Source: a bacterium
GTDB taxonomy: Bacteria; UBA8248
NCBI GenBank assembly: GCA_965203325.1
Contig: OZ241875.1
Coordinates: 3,584,001-3,648,000, forward strand
Direction of reading: 5' to 3'
Length of the DNA stretch: 64,000 nucleotides
In this document: in pieces, positions 9,680 through 19,673 of the stretch
Position numbering within the stretch: position 1 is the stretch's first letter
Layout of the letters: each line of letters opens with the position of its first letter
The notes under the pieces: model-generated
Database searches by the model: none
The model's input: the letters and a program-made list of their open reading frames with translations, nothing else
What the model was told of the DNA's origin: nothing
Program-made: the position numbers and the translations under genes

Positions 9680-10170
9680 CGCCTTGATACGGTACATACT
9701 GCGGCCGAACATTGTCCGCGCAATGGCAAGCCGCTGCTTTCTCGCGCAGCCGGCAGGACCGGGAAAGCGGTCGACGCAAGCCGGGATTTGAGCCTTCGGC
9801 ACCGGTTGCTCCAGCGAACCGGGCGACGAACGGATCCAGCCGGACGCGCGCGGTTTCGTCGCGCCAGCGGCCGGGAATGTCCTCGCCGAGAGGCCGCGCC
9901 ACGCGGCCACATCAGACAGCCCCGATCCCGGATTTGTAATGGCCGAAGCCAGTAGCGCAACATGGACGCGACCCTGCGAAGCTACGACGCCGGACTTCCG
10001 CCAGATGGCCCCGCAGGGCGTTGATTGCCTGAGCGCGCTGGCGAACCAGCAAATCGCGCGTGCGAAACAGCGTCCCCCGGGCCTGTTGCTCTTCCGTCTT
10101 CACCGCCATAAACCTCATGATCGAGCGGGAGGCCGCCTCGCGGATCGCATCCGCATCCGCATCCGTAGCG
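9680..10170 (-). pseudogene. IS110-family transposase remnant
   Basis: DADAIREAASRSIMRFMAVKTEEQQARGTLFRTRDLLVRQRAQAINALRGHLAE, frameshift, then GVVASQG...DVAAWRGL (cf. 'FAAWLGL'); N-terminus missing, internal deletion. Confidence 0.8.
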
Positions 10171-10262
10171 CGGACGAGCCGCGTTGGTGAAATCCGGACA
10201 GTTGTGGAAACTCGTGAAACCTGCGCCTCGAAGCGGTGTAGCCGGAGTTCGAGCGGGGCGTG

Positions 10263-10862
10263 TCAGTCGAGGATCTGGAAATGCGCTTCGGTCGGCTCGC
10301 GCGCCTCGCCGTTGACAGGCAGGATGTCCTGCGGGCAGGCGGAGAAGACGACGACGACGTCGAGATTGGCCTCGAACAGCACGTGGTCGCCCGCTTTCGA
10401 GACCGGCGCGGCGAATTCGAGGTTGCCGTCCGCCTCCCAGGGGATGTTCATGAACAGGTTGAGCGGCGAGGGCGTCTCGGGCGGCGTCAGTCCGAGCTCG
10501 TAGAGGGCTGCGGCCAGATTGTCGGTGCAGTTGTCGTGGTATTCCGTGCAGCCGAGCAGGCCGTAGCGGTAGTCGTCACATGCGGCGATCAACGTGTCGT
10601 GAACGCCGGGCGAGGTGTCCTCGACGAGCGTCAGGATGGGACGGCGTCGGTTGCTGTAGAGCGCATCGCCCACCTCCGGACGCATCTTCGTGAGGGTTGC
10701 GCGGGTGTGCTCCATCGACATGAACTCGCGCAGGTCGCGCTGTGTGAAGGCCCATGTGTCCACGACCTGCGCGCCGTGGGTGTTGACGACCTTGATCTTC
10801 TGGCCCCTGGCGACCGGAGCGGCCCTGCCGCATCGCGCCGGAATCGTCTGCAGCCCGGACAT
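10263..10862 (-). CDS. DUF1989 / urea-carboxylase-associated family protein
   Basis: GAQVVDTWAF, HDTLIAACD, HDNCTDNL, PLNLFMN, SACPQD motifs; ATG at 10862 preceded by GGAGG. Confidence 0.85.
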   Translation of the reverse strand: MSGLQTIPARCGRAAPVARGQKIKVVNTHGAQVVDTWAFTQRDLREFMSMEHTRATLTKMRPEVGDALYSNRRRPILTLVEDTSPGVHDTLIAACDDYRYGLLGCTEYHDNCTDNLAAALYELGLTPPETPSPLNLFMNIPWEADGNLEFAAPVSKAGDHVLFEANLDVVVVFSACPQDILPVNGEAREPTEAHFQILD

Positions 10863-10892
10863 GACTTGCCTCCCCTGGTGGATGGGAACGCC

Positions 10893-10980
10893 AACATAAC
10901 CCCCGCTTCGCGGCGGCGTCAAGGCGTCGCGACGCCTCCGTCGCTCCGGGTTTGACAGGCGCCGGGGAGTGCACTAGATT
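10893..10980. promoter_or_regulatory. Back-to-back sigma70-like promoters flanking a 16-bp palindrome
   Basis: + strand TTGACA 10952-57/17 bp/TAGATT 10975-80; - strand TTGACG 10922-17/18 bp/TATGTT; palindrome AGGCGTCGCGACGCCT 10922-37. Confidence 0.5.
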
Positions 10981-11073
10981 TCGAGGGCGAGGCCGTCATG
11001 GCGCTCGCTGAGGTTTTATTCCATTCCGCGCCGGCGGAGCCGGCGCAACGCGTGAGAGGGGAGGATCGGGGCA

Positions 11074-11928
11074 TTGACTTCATTCAAACGGGCGTGGGCG
11101 GTCGCATTCACGGTTGCCGTGGCGGCGAGTCTTGGCTTTTCCGGCGGTCCGGCCAGGGCGGATCTCCTCTCCGATATCAAGAAACGAGGCGAATTCATTG
11201 TCGGGACCGAGGCCCGGTTCCCGCCGTTCGAGTTTGTAAAAGACGGCAGGATCGTGGGCTACTCGACAGACATCATGGCGCACGTCATGAAGGCGTTGCC
11301 GGGGGTCAGGCTGAAACGGCTCGATCTTCCCTGGCAGGGGATTCTTCCCGGCCTGTCGGCGGCCAAGTTCGACTACGTCGTCACCTCCGTGACCGTCACC
11401 AGGGCGCGCTACGAGAAATACGCGCTGAGCCTGCCGGTCGCCGACGCGACGATGGCGCTGGTCAAGCGCAAGGGCGACAATTCGATCAGGGCGCCTGAGG
11501 ACATCGCCGGGCACGTGGTGGGCTCACAGGCGGGTTCGGCGCAACTGCAGGCCCTCCAGGCTTTCGCCAGTAAACTCAAGGGCGCAGGCAAGGGGGTCAA
11601 GGGGATCAAGACATACGTCGATTTCAACGAGGCCTTCGCCGATCTGGCGGCAGGAAGGATCAGCGCCGTCTGCAACAGCCTGCCGAACCTGCTGGATCTC
11701 GTTCGCAAGCGGCCGGACAGGTTCGAGATGGTGCTGCCGACATTCGGTCCCAAGAAGTATTTCAGCTGGGCCGGGCGCAAGGACGCCAAAAGCGCTTCGC
11801 TGGTCGCCTTCATGAATGAGCAGCTCGCCAGGCTCAACAAGACGGGTGTGCTGACCGCGCTGCAGAAGAAGTGGTTCGGCGGGCCCATGGAGTTGCCGTC
11901 CGACAAGCTGCCGGTGCCGCACGACTAG
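11074..11928 (+). CDS. Polar amino-acid ABC transporter substrate-binding protein
   Basis: Signal peptide; VGTEARFPPFEF, WQGILPGL, KKWFG (SBP_bac_3-like). Confidence 0.9.
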   Translation: MTSFKRAWAVAFTVAVAASLGFSGGPARADLLSDIKKRGEFIVGTEARFPPFEFVKDGRIVGYSTDIMAHVMKALPGVRLKRLDLPWQGILPGLSAAKFDYVVTSVTVTRARYEKYALSLPVADATMALVKRKGDNSIRAPEDIAGHVVGSQAGSAQLQALQAFASKLKGAGKGVKGIKTYVDFNEAFADLAAGRISAVCNSLPNLLDLVRKRPDRFEMVLPTFGPKKYFSWAGRKDAKSASLVAFMNEQLARLNKTGVLTALQKKWFGGPMELPSDKLPVPHD

Positions 11929-11958
11929 GCGCCGGCCGGTAATCGACGGGTCCCGCCG

Positions 11959-12612
11959 GTGGATTTTTCTGGCGTCATTTCGAACCACTATGGTGCGTTC
12001 CTCGCCGGGGCGGGGATGACCGTCACGGTTTCGGCGGTCTCCATCGCCGCCGGCATGGTCATGGGTCTCGGGCTCAGTTTCGGCCTGATCTCCCGGAGAC
12101 GATCGATCCGGCGGCCCTCGGCCGCCTACCGGAGCGTCTGGCGAGGGACGCCCATCCTGGTGCAGTTGCTGATCGTCTTCTACCTGCTGCCGGAGATCGG
12201 CCTCGACGTACCGCCGGTCGCCGCGGCGATAATCGCGCTGGCGATGAACACCGCGGCGTTTCAGGCCGAGATATTCCGGGGCGGCCTGCTGTCCATCCCG
12301 CCGGGTCAGGTCGAGGCCGCGCGCATGCTCGGGATCGGCATGCCGGCCATCCGGGTCAGGATCCTGATTCCACAGATGATGCGCCTGGTCCTGCCGGCGC
12401 TCGTCAACGAGACCATCAGCATCCTCAAGAACTCCTCGCTGATCTCGGTGATCGCGGTGACCGAACTCATGCGCACCAGCCAGCAGGTGGTGTCCGTCAC
12501 GTACCGGCCGCTGGAAGCCTACATGATCGCGGCCCTCATATACCTCGCCATGAACCTGGTGCTGGCCCGCGCCGGGGCCTGGTTCGAGAGGCGCTACGCG
12601 GCGGCGCGCTAG
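11959..12612 (+). CDS. Amino-acid ABC transporter permease (HisM/GlnP-like)
   Basis: [29 protein letters not shown] motif, KNSSL. Confidence 0.9.
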   Translation: MDFSGVISNHYGAFLAGAGMTVTVSAVSIAAGMVMGLGLSFGLISRRRSIRRPSAAYRSVWRGTPILVQLLIVFYLLPEIGLDVPPVAAAIIALAMNTAAFQAEIFRGGLLSIPPGQVEAARMLGIGMPAIRVRILIPQMMRLVLPALVNETISILKNSSLISVIAVTELMRTSQQVVSVTYRPLEAYMIAALIYLAMNLVLARAGAWFERRYAAAR

Positions 12613-12630
12613 CCGCTCAAGGGGGAAACC

Positions 12631-13287
12631 GTGTCGTTCGACATCGACATCATGTTCCGCTATGGCCCGCTGTTGCTGTCGGGATTGTGGACGACGGTCT
12701 ATGTCTGCGCGCTGGCGTCGCTTCTGGCCGTCGCCGCCGGTCTCGGGGTTGCGGTGCTCTACGGCCTGCCGATGCGCCCCGTGAAGCTGCTGTGCCGGGC
12801 CTACATCGAGGTCATGCGCGGGACCCCGATACTGACCCTACTGTTCATCCTCTACTACGGGGGGCCTTCGTTCGGCCTCACCCTGGATGCCGAACCGGTC
12901 GGGATCATCGGCCTCGGGCTCTACGGCGGGGGGTATTTCGCAGAAATATTCAGGGCCGGGTTCCAGTCCATCCCTGCGGGGCAGCTCGAGGCCGCGCGCA
13001 TGCTCGGCATCCCGCGCCGGCTGATCGTCGCCCGCATCCAGATCCCCCAGATGCTGACGCTGATCATCCCCCCGTCCACGAACCAGATCATCATCCTGGT
13101 CAAGGAATCGGCCCTCCTGTCGATCATCACCGTCGCCGAGCTGACGAAGAACACGACGCAGATGGTCAACGAGACCTTCGCGGTGGTCGAGCCCTACGTG
13201 GCGGTCGCCCTGCTCTACTGGCTGATCATCGAGGGCATCGCGCTCACCGGCGGGGCGCTCGAGCGCCGGTTCAGGTACGCATCATGA
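12631..13287 (+). CDS. Amino-acid ABC transporter permease
   Basis: [28 protein letters not shown]. Confidence 0.9.
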   Translation: MSFDIDIMFRYGPLLLSGLWTTVYVCALASLLAVAAGLGVAVLYGLPMRPVKLLCRAYIEVMRGTPILTLLFILYYGGPSFGLTLDAEPVGIIGLGLYGGGYFAEIFRAGFQSIPAGQLEAARMLGIPRRLIVARIQIPQMLTLIIPPSTNQIIILVKESALLSIITVAELTKNTTQMVNETFAVVEPYVAVALLYWLIIEGIALTGGALERRFRYAS

Positions 13288-14090
13288 CGGGCGAAGCGCG
13301 AGGCGACGCCATGGAACACAAACCCGTGGTCCTAGTCGAGGGCCTGCACAAGCGCTTCGGCGCGGCTCACGTCCTCAAGGGGATCGACCTCGCGGTCGAG
13401 AGTTCACGGGTGGTCTGCGTCATCGGTCCGTCGGGTTCGGGAAAGAGCACGCTTCTGCGCTGCATGGCGTTTCTCGACCGCTACGACGAGGGCCGGGTGT
13501 TCATCGAGGGCCGGCTGCTGGGCTACCGCGAGGTCGACGGGGGGCTTGCGCCCGACAGCGAGCGCAACATCGACAGCGTGCGCAGCGTCATCGGCATGGT
13601 CTTCCAGCACTACAACCTGTGGCCGCACAAGACGGCGCTCGGCAACGTGACCGAGGCGCTTCGCGTGGTGAAGGGACTCGGCAGGCGGGAAGCGGAGGCG
13701 ATCGGCATGGAGACGCTGGCCAAGGTGGGGATGGACGACAGGGCCCACGCCTATCCGGCCCGGCTCTCGGGCGGGCAGCAGCAGCGCACCGCGATCGCCC
13801 GGGCGCTGGCGATGCGGCCGCACGTGATGTATTTCGACGAGCCGACGTCGGCGCTGGACCCCGAACTCGTGGGCGAGGTGCTTCAGGTGATGCAGGAGCT
13901 TGCGGGCGAGGGCATGACCATGGTCGTGGTCACCCACGAGATGGGATTCGCCGCGCACGTGGCCGACGAGGTCGTGTTCATGGACGGGGGCGAGGTCATC
14001 GAGCGGGGTTCCCCGGACGATGTCTTCAAGCGGCCGCGAAGCGAGCGCCTGCGCGAGTTCCTCGATACCTGGCGGGCGCGCTCGATATGA
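13284..14090 (+). CDS. Amino-acid ABC transporter ATP-binding protein (GlnQ-like)
   Basis: [38 protein letters not shown] overlap with permease stop (ORF-track start 12687 is over-extended). Confidence 0.9.
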   Translation: MTGEARGDAMEHKPVVLVEGLHKRFGAAHVLKGIDLAVESSRVVCVIGPSGSGKSTLLRCMAFLDRYDEGRVFIEGRLLGYREVDGGLAPDSERNIDSVRSVIGMVFQHYNLWPHKTALGNVTEALRVVKGLGRREAEAIGMETLAKVGMDDRAHAYPARLSGGQQQRTAIARALAMRPHVMYFDEPTSALDPELVGEVLQVMQELAGEGMTMVVVTHEMGFAAHVADEVVFMDGGEVIERGSPDDVFKRPRSERLREFLDTWRARSI

Positions 14091-14197
14091 CGGCCGGGAC
14101 CGGTCGGCGAAGGGCCTGAGACCGTTGCCCATCCCCTCGGCCGGACCCGAGCCGGGCGGCTGCGGGTCTCGCAGGCAGGCGCGGGATTCTCCTCGTT

Positions 14198-14668
14198 CTA
14201 TTCGGCGGGCTCGTCTCTGAGGTATTTGAATACCGCATAGCCCGCCGTATCGTCCGATTCATCCACCACATGCCTTATCGGAACGATCTGCAGGTTTTTC
14301 CATTGCGTGTATTCGGCGAAATCCAGGGTCTCCGCCAGAAGCAGGCCGACGGAGACAACGCGTGCGCGCCCGGTCCGATCCCTCGCCCCGAACCGGCAGT
14401 CGTATCCCCCGACAAAGGTGGAGCCTGCGGGGGACACGAAATTGGACAGGCTGTTCAGAACGCTCTCGAGGAGCGACTTCCGTTCCACGCGTACGGAATC
14501 CGGAGACAGCGAATACCCCTTGTTCGCCGTCCATTTCGCGGCGAAAATCCTGCAATGCCCCTGCAGGCTCACACCCTCTTCCGGGGACGACCGCCCCCCG
14601 TGGCCTTTCCCGCCGGCGAAGCCTGCGAAAATGGCGATGGAAACGACGCAGACGGCGAGAATTCTCAT
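14198..14668 (-). CDS. Hypothetical secreted protein
   Basis: MRILAVCVVSIAIFAG signal-like start, GAGGA SD upstream. Confidence 0.5.
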   Translation of the reverse strand: MRILAVCVVSIAIFAGFAGGKGHGGRSSPEEGVSLQGHCRIFAAKWTANKGYSLSPDSVRVERKSLLESVLNSLSNFVSPAGSTFVGGYDCRFGARDRTGRARVVSVGLLLAETLDFAEYTQWKNLQIVPIRHVVDESDDTAGYAVFKYLRDEPAE

Positions 14669-14944
14669 TTGCGCTCATCCTCTCCGCAGAAAAAAGACGG
14701 GAGGCGGGGCCGGCGACGACCCTCCGAGCGGCGGGCCGAACGCGCTGCCTTCAGGCGCTCCTGCCGGCCACCGGTCCCGTTTTCCAAAGGGCGCCACCCC
14801 TCCCTGCAAACAGGAGAAAGCCGGTAGAGGTGGCTGGCCGCTTCAGGGAGGCGACCCAAGGTCACGAGGAGGCGATCCGTTTTCCCCCCTGAAACGTCCT
14901 TCCCTGCAAAAGTCGCCACTCCTTCCGCTTGCGCAAGGCATTAA

Positions 14945-15133
14945 AGAGCGCTCGCCCGTGGCCTCCAGCGCGGCGCGGAATTTTTCCGCCAAGGAAACGT
15001 GCTGCTAGGCATCGAGGACTATCCAGCTCTCGGGCGTAAAGAACGCGCCCGCGTTCGAATCGCCGCTCTCGCCGATGAATGCGTGAACGCCCTCGGCGAG
15101 GGTCACGAGTCCCGCATCCGAATGATTCGTCAT
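14945..15133 (-). pseudogene. Truncated MBL-fold hydrolase (cyclase-like) pseudogene
   Basis: MTNHSDAGLVTLAEGVHAFIGESGDSNAGAFFTPESWIVLDA*QHVSLAEKFRAALEATGERS; in-frame TAG at 15005-07; similarity lost before any HxHxDH motif. Confidence 0.6.
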
Positions 15134-15166
15134 ATCAAATCCTTATTCTACGGCCTGGACGCTTTG

Positions 15167-15940
15167 CTACCCGATCCTTTCTTCGGTGTTGAGGTACTGT
15201 CGCACCTGCCTTGTAAGGTGCGTAAATTCGAGTGTTTCCGTGGAAGCCACCGTACGCGGACGTGATAATTCAACCTTTATCTCCCCGACGATGCGACCCG
15301 GACGCGGTGACATGACCAGAACACGGTCGGCCAGATAAACGGCTTCCGATATGCTGTGCGTTATGAAAAGTACGGTCTTGCGGCGTTTCATCCAGATACT
15401 TTGCAGTTCACTGTTCATCTGTTCACGCGTCATGGCGTCGAGGGCGCCAAACGGTTCGTCCATCAGCAACAGATCAGGATCATGAATAAGCGCGCGGCAA
15501 AGGCCGACACGCTGCTGCATTCCGCCGGAAAGCTGGTGCGGATAGGCATTCTCGAAGCCTTCGAGCGCGACCAGTTGAATCAACTCCTGCGCCGTCTCCC
15601 GGTAGTCCTCTACGCGCAAGCCCCGTATTTCGATCTGGAGGAGAATGTTCTCCAGGATCGAACGCCAAGCCATTAACAGAGGACTTTGAAAGACTACTCC
15701 GACCGAGGCTGTCGGCCCCTTTATCTCCCGCCCGTTTACCCGGATTGCCCCGCTGGATGGCGAGAGCAATCCGGAAACGAGCTTCAGGAGCGTGCTTTTC
15801 CCACAACCGCTGGGGCCGACGAGGGCGACGAACTCACCCTCGGAAGCAAAGATGGATACATTGTCGAGCGCGTGTACATCGGCGTTCGCAGCGTGATAAG
15901 TGAGACTGACGTCGTCAATCCCGATTACCTCGCCATTCAT
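15167..15940 (-). CDS. NitT/TauT-family ABC transporter ATP-binding protein
   Basis: GPSGCGKS, LSGGMQQR, DEPFGALDAMTRE, THSISEAVYLADRV. Confidence 0.9.
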   Translation of the reverse strand: MNGEVIGIDDVSLTYHAANADVHALDNVSIFASEGEFVALVGPSGCGKSTLLKLVSGLLSPSSGAIRVNGREIKGPTASVGVVFQSPLLMAWRSILENILLQIEIRGLRVEDYRETAQELIQLVALEGFENAYPHQLSGGMQQRVGLCRALIHDPDLLLMDEPFGALDAMTREQMNSELQSIWMKRRKTVLFITHSISEAVYLADRVLVMSPRPGRIVGEIKVELSRPRTVASTETLEFTHLTRQVRQYLNTEERIG

Positions 15941-15945
15941 CGTTT

Positions 15946-16965
15946 TTAGTTCTTCGGGACAAACTTGTTGCTGTAAAATTTATCGGCTGGAAGAGTCTTC
16001 TTGAGCCGCCCCGTTTTCACGAGGATCTGTACGGCATTGTCCCAATCCGCCTTGCTCGTCCATCCGTAGGGCTTGCCTGCCGTGTTCTTCGTTCCGAGCC
16101 GTCGATGCGTCTCCTGCCATTGGAGCTTAACCGACTCCCTGCGCTTTTCCGCCGTTTTGGACAATCGCATGGCGATGTCGACAGCCTCGTCGATGTTCTC
16201 TTTCTTCACCACATCCTTCAGCGCCCGCGCAACCGCGCGCACAAAACGCTGCACCTGGCCGGGTTTCTCCGCAATCCTTTGCTCGTGAACCACCACGCCA
16301 TGGCCCAGTGGAGATATGCCGAAATCCGAGAACTTCATAAAGTACACCGGCTTCCCTTTCCCCTGGCGGGCGCGCACGACGAGATCAAGCGGTGAGCCGA
16401 TGACGACGCTGATGAATGAATCGACTTTGCCGTTCACGAAAGTGGTGTTGCGCGTAGCGCCGCTGGTAACACGGATCTGAACTTTCTCCGGCGGAATTTT
16501 ATTGACGGACAGCAAGAGGTCGAACATGGATTTGTGCCCGGCCGTCATGGCCACCGATCTGCCAATCAGGTCCTGGGGTTTTCGAATCGGGCTGGCCTCG
16601 TGCGAAATCACTGCCCATGCTCCCTTCTGCACCACCCCGAAAACGCCCTTGAGCTTCATGCCTTTGGCGACGCCGGAGGCCATGAACATATAATCCGCAA
16701 CCCCGAAATCGTCATGCTTTCCACTAATCAGACCAACCGTTTTACTGGAGCCGGCGCCTTCCTTTATGGTCACGTTCAGTTTTTCCGCCGCAAAATACCC
16801 CTTTTCCTTCGCCCAGTAGAACGGCAGATGATAGCCGGACAGTCTCCAGTCAAGGCGCAGGCTCACAGATTCTGCCGCCTGTGACGAGTGGGCGGGAAAG
16901 AAGGTTACAGACAAAAGGAATGCCGAGACAACAAACAGCCCTGTGCGCAAAATGGAACCCATCAT
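15946..16965 (-). CDS. NMT1/THI5-like ABC substrate-binding protein
   Basis: Signal peptide; LRLDW...HLPFYWAKEKGYF, EGAGS, PQDLIGR. Confidence 0.85.
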   Translation of the reverse strand: MMGSILRTGLFVVSAFLLSVTFFPAHSSQAAESVSLRLDWRLSGYHLPFYWAKEKGYFAAEKLNVTIKEGAGSSKTVGLISGKHDDFGVADYMFMASGVAKGMKLKGVFGVVQKGAWAVISHEASPIRKPQDLIGRSVAMTAGHKSMFDLLLSVNKIPPEKVQIRVTSGATRNTTFVNGKVDSFISVVIGSPLDLVVRARQGKGKPVYFMKFSDFGISPLGHGVVVHEQRIAEKPGQVQRFVRAVARALKDVVKKENIDEAVDIAMRLSKTAEKRRESVKLQWQETHRRLGTKNTAGKPYGWTSKADWDNAVQILVKTGRLKKTLPADKFYSNKFVPKN

Positions 16966-16982
16966 CTTCCAATCCTCCTTTT

Positions 16983-17906
16983 TTAGGACTGATAGGCAGT
17001 CGTCGACTCGATCCGAACCGAGACGTGCCAGGGAATCAAGAGACGTTCCAGTTTTGAGACTATGGAGAACAAAATGACGCCCATGGCGATCAGTACGAAA
17101 AGCGCCGCCCAGATCAGCGGTCCGTCAAGATCACCTGCGGATGTAAGGAGCAAAAAACCCACCCCCTTGTCGGACCCGACGAACTCCCCGACGATGGCCC
17201 CGACAACCGAAAAACATATGGCGATCTTGAAACCGCCGAACATCTGGGGCAGCGACGCCGGGCCTCTAACCTTGAGCATGATTTTGGGGGTTTTGGCCCC
17301 CATCGAGCGAACGAGATCGATCATGTCGTTCTCGACGCCTTTCAGCCCGACGATCGTCGACACGATGATCGGAAAGAACGAGATCAGGAACACGACCGCG
17401 ATCTTCGGCAATATCCCGAATCCAAGCCAAACGACCAGTATGGGCGCAATCGCAACCTTCGGTATCGTTTGGGACATCACGAGAAACGGCATCAGCATAC
17501 GTTCGATGCTGCGGCTGCAAACGACCCAAAATGCAAGTGGTACGCCTATCAGGACGCTGGCCGAGAAACCCAATAGCACGGATTGCAGCGTATAGAAGCA
17601 TTCGTCGGCTAATCTGCGCCACTCCTCGCCGAGCCGTACCACCACGTCCAGGGGCGCCGGCAACAGGTACTCCGGGATCTCGAATACCTTTACCGCAGCC
17701 GACCACAACACCAGGGCCACGGCAACAGCCATGACCGGCATCAAGATGTCCAAGGCTCTCTCTCGCCGGGCCGAATTGGCTTTGAAGACGTTCCACGAGG
17801 AAGGCATCGTTCTCCGTGCTCTGCCATCAGAGGAGTCGGCTGCCATCGGTTCGTCTTTCTCCGGACCCAGGGAGGAAGTGTCGGGATAATCGGCTCGAAC
17901 GCTCAA
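16983..17906 (-). CDS. NitT/TauT-family ABC transporter permease (start uncertain)
   Basis: YLLPAP, QTIPKVAIAP, WLGFG, FFPI, GAIVGEFVGS. Confidence 0.9.
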   Translation of the reverse strand: MSVRADYPDTSSLGPEKDEPMAADSSDGRARRTMPSSWNVFKANSARRERALDILMPVMAVAVALVLWSAAVKVFEIPEYLLPAPLDVVVRLGEEWRRLADECFYTLQSVLLGFSASVLIGVPLAFWVVCSRSIERMLMPFLVMSQTIPKVAIAPILVVWLGFGILPKIAVVFLISFFPIIVSTIVGLKGVENDMIDLVRSMGAKTPKIMLKVRGPASLPQMFGGFKIAICFSVVGAIVGEFVGSDKGVGFLLLTSAGDLDGPLIWAALFVLIAMGVILFSIVSKLERLLIPWHVSVRIESTTAYQS

Positions 17907-18049
17907 GAGAAGAATTATCCGCAGCCTGGCCCGCTGATACTATTGAGAACGATTAGATGCCTGATCGTAGCGACAACCCGGCTATCGGTCAATCTCATGA
18001 ACCTCGTCGGTTTTGTCGCCGGACTTGTGATTACGACACGAATCCGGGA

Positions 18050-19390
18050 TCAAACGGCGAGGTTTTCTCGCAGAGTCTTGCCCTCGTACGATTTCCTGTA
18101 CCTCCCCCGTCTTTGCAATTCGGGAACCAGGTAATCCACGATGTTGAGCATAATCTCGCGCGGCCCGGCCTGGGACTGCTTGACCATGAAGCCGCCGCGA
18201 CTCCCGGTCGCTTCGAATATCTCTTCGAAACGATCGGCAATCTGCGCCGCCGTACCGGTGACCGCGGTGGCGTAACCCGTCGCCGACTCGAGTCCATGGC
18301 GGAAGAATTCCTCGCGATCGATCTCGGCGTGCTCGCCATACTTGTGCGCCAGTTGATTGACGAAACCCACCGGAGAGGCCTGTGCGGCGATGATACGCTC
18401 CTGAAGTTCCGCCAGGGAGAATCGCGGCGGAAGCTTGGACAAGTCGTAGCCGGTATTGTGCGACAGCCATACCCCGACGGCTTCTGTAGGCACATCGGAA
18501 ATCAGTGCTTCCCGCAGCGCATGCGCCTGTTTCTCGGTTTCACCGACGATGGCCCTGAGCGCCCAGATGATGCCGACCTCTTGCGGATCCCGCCCCTCTG
18601 CGAGGAGAGCGTCATCAAGATCTTGTCGTTGCTTCGTCATAAGCGGCAACGTTTTGGTTCTGCCGAAAACATGATCGGCAACATGAGCGGCGCCTTTGAC
18701 GCCTCGCGGAGAGCCTCCGGCCTGTATGATTACGGGACTTCCCTGAGGAGACGGAACGACGCTTAGTGGCCCCTTGACCTTGAAAAACTTCCCCTCGTGA
18801 TTGATCGGATGAACTTTGGCGGGGTCGGCGATCCGGCCCGAAGCCTTGTCCCAGAGGAAAGCATCCGCCTCGACGCTGTTCCACAACGCCCGACAGACGT
18901 CGATAAACTCTTCCAGCCGCTCGTAGCGCTCACCATGCTCCGGCAGACCGTCGTAGCCATAGTTCGCAAAATCGGAACGGCGCGCCGAAGTGATGACGTT
19001 AAAGGCCATTCGACCGTTGGTGATATGGTCCATGGAATTCAAAAGACGCGCCGTATAAAACGGGTGCATAAAGCTGGATGAGTACGTCAAGCCGAACCCG
19101 AGATGTTTGGTGACGCGGGACATCGCGACAATCCACGGACTCATGTCGAATCTCGGCCATGCGACGCCGTAGCTGACCGCATCGTCAATCGAGTCTTTCC
19201 ACATGTCGGGAATGCCTGTCGAGTCTCCCAGGAAGATGAGGTCAAGCCCGCCACGCTCCGCGACGCGCGCAATTTCCTCGAACATGCCGATATTTGGATG
19301 GTGGCGATCTACCCAAGTACCCGGATTCCTCCAATTGGTCTCTACCTCGGTCCACGAGATATCAAATGCCAATTGGATGCGCTTCTTCAT
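18050..19390 (-). CDS. NtaA/DmoA/SnaA-family FMN-dependent monooxygenase
   Basis: AERGGLDLIFLGD, HPFYTARLLNSMDHITNGRMAFNVITS, HEGKFFKVKGPL, IIQAGGSPRG, VPELQRRG..R..YEGKTLRENL. Confidence 0.9.
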   Translation of the reverse strand: MKKRIQLAFDISWTEVETNWRNPGTWVDRHHPNIGMFEEIARVAERGGLDLIFLGDSTGIPDMWKDSIDDAVSYGVAWPRFDMSPWIVAMSRVTKHLGFGLTYSSSFMHPFYTARLLNSMDHITNGRMAFNVITSARRSDFANYGYDGLPEHGERYERLEEFIDVCRALWNSVEADAFLWDKASGRIADPAKVHPINHEGKFFKVKGPLSVVPSPQGSPVIIQAGGSPRGVKGAAHVADHVFGRTKTLPLMTKQRQDLDDALLAEGRDPQEVGIIWALRAIVGETEKQAHALREALISDVPTEAVGVWLSHNTGYDLSKLPPRFSLAELQERIIAAQASPVGFVNQLAHKYGEHAEIDREEFFRHGLESATGYATAVTGTAAQIADRFEEIFEATGSRGGFMVKQSQAGPREIMLNIVDYLVPELQRRGRYRKSYEGKTLRENLAV

Positions 19391-19617
19391 TTCGTTTTCC
19401 CCGGTATTTAACTATTGTCCTCACTCTCGCCGGTAAGTCGACGATGTCCGAGATTTTCCGTTTGCCTTATTTGATTTGCCGCGAAGTTTACTACGGTTGG
19501 ATGCAATCTTCCAGAACGGGCTCGATTGAGGCGCGGCCGAGAGTTGGTGAACAGGAAAATGGACTCCCTCCATGCTGATTATGAGAACTCTTCGACCGTT
19601 GGACATTGCTTGATGTC

Positions 19618-19673
19618 TCTGAAATTCGATAAAATTGGATAAATTCACGGGGTTTTTCGATAAATTCACGGGG
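19618..19673. repeat. Dispersed AT-rich repeat, copy 1
   Basis: GATAAATTCACGGGG at 19638 and 19659 (21-bp period); 19638-19666 is the exact reverse complement of 34159-34187. Confidence 0.85.

Noticed and set aside
10862..11074. Guanidine riboswitch upstream of DUF1989/ABC genes
   Set aside because: Neither ykkC core motifs nor paired ACGR-loop hairpins seen by eye
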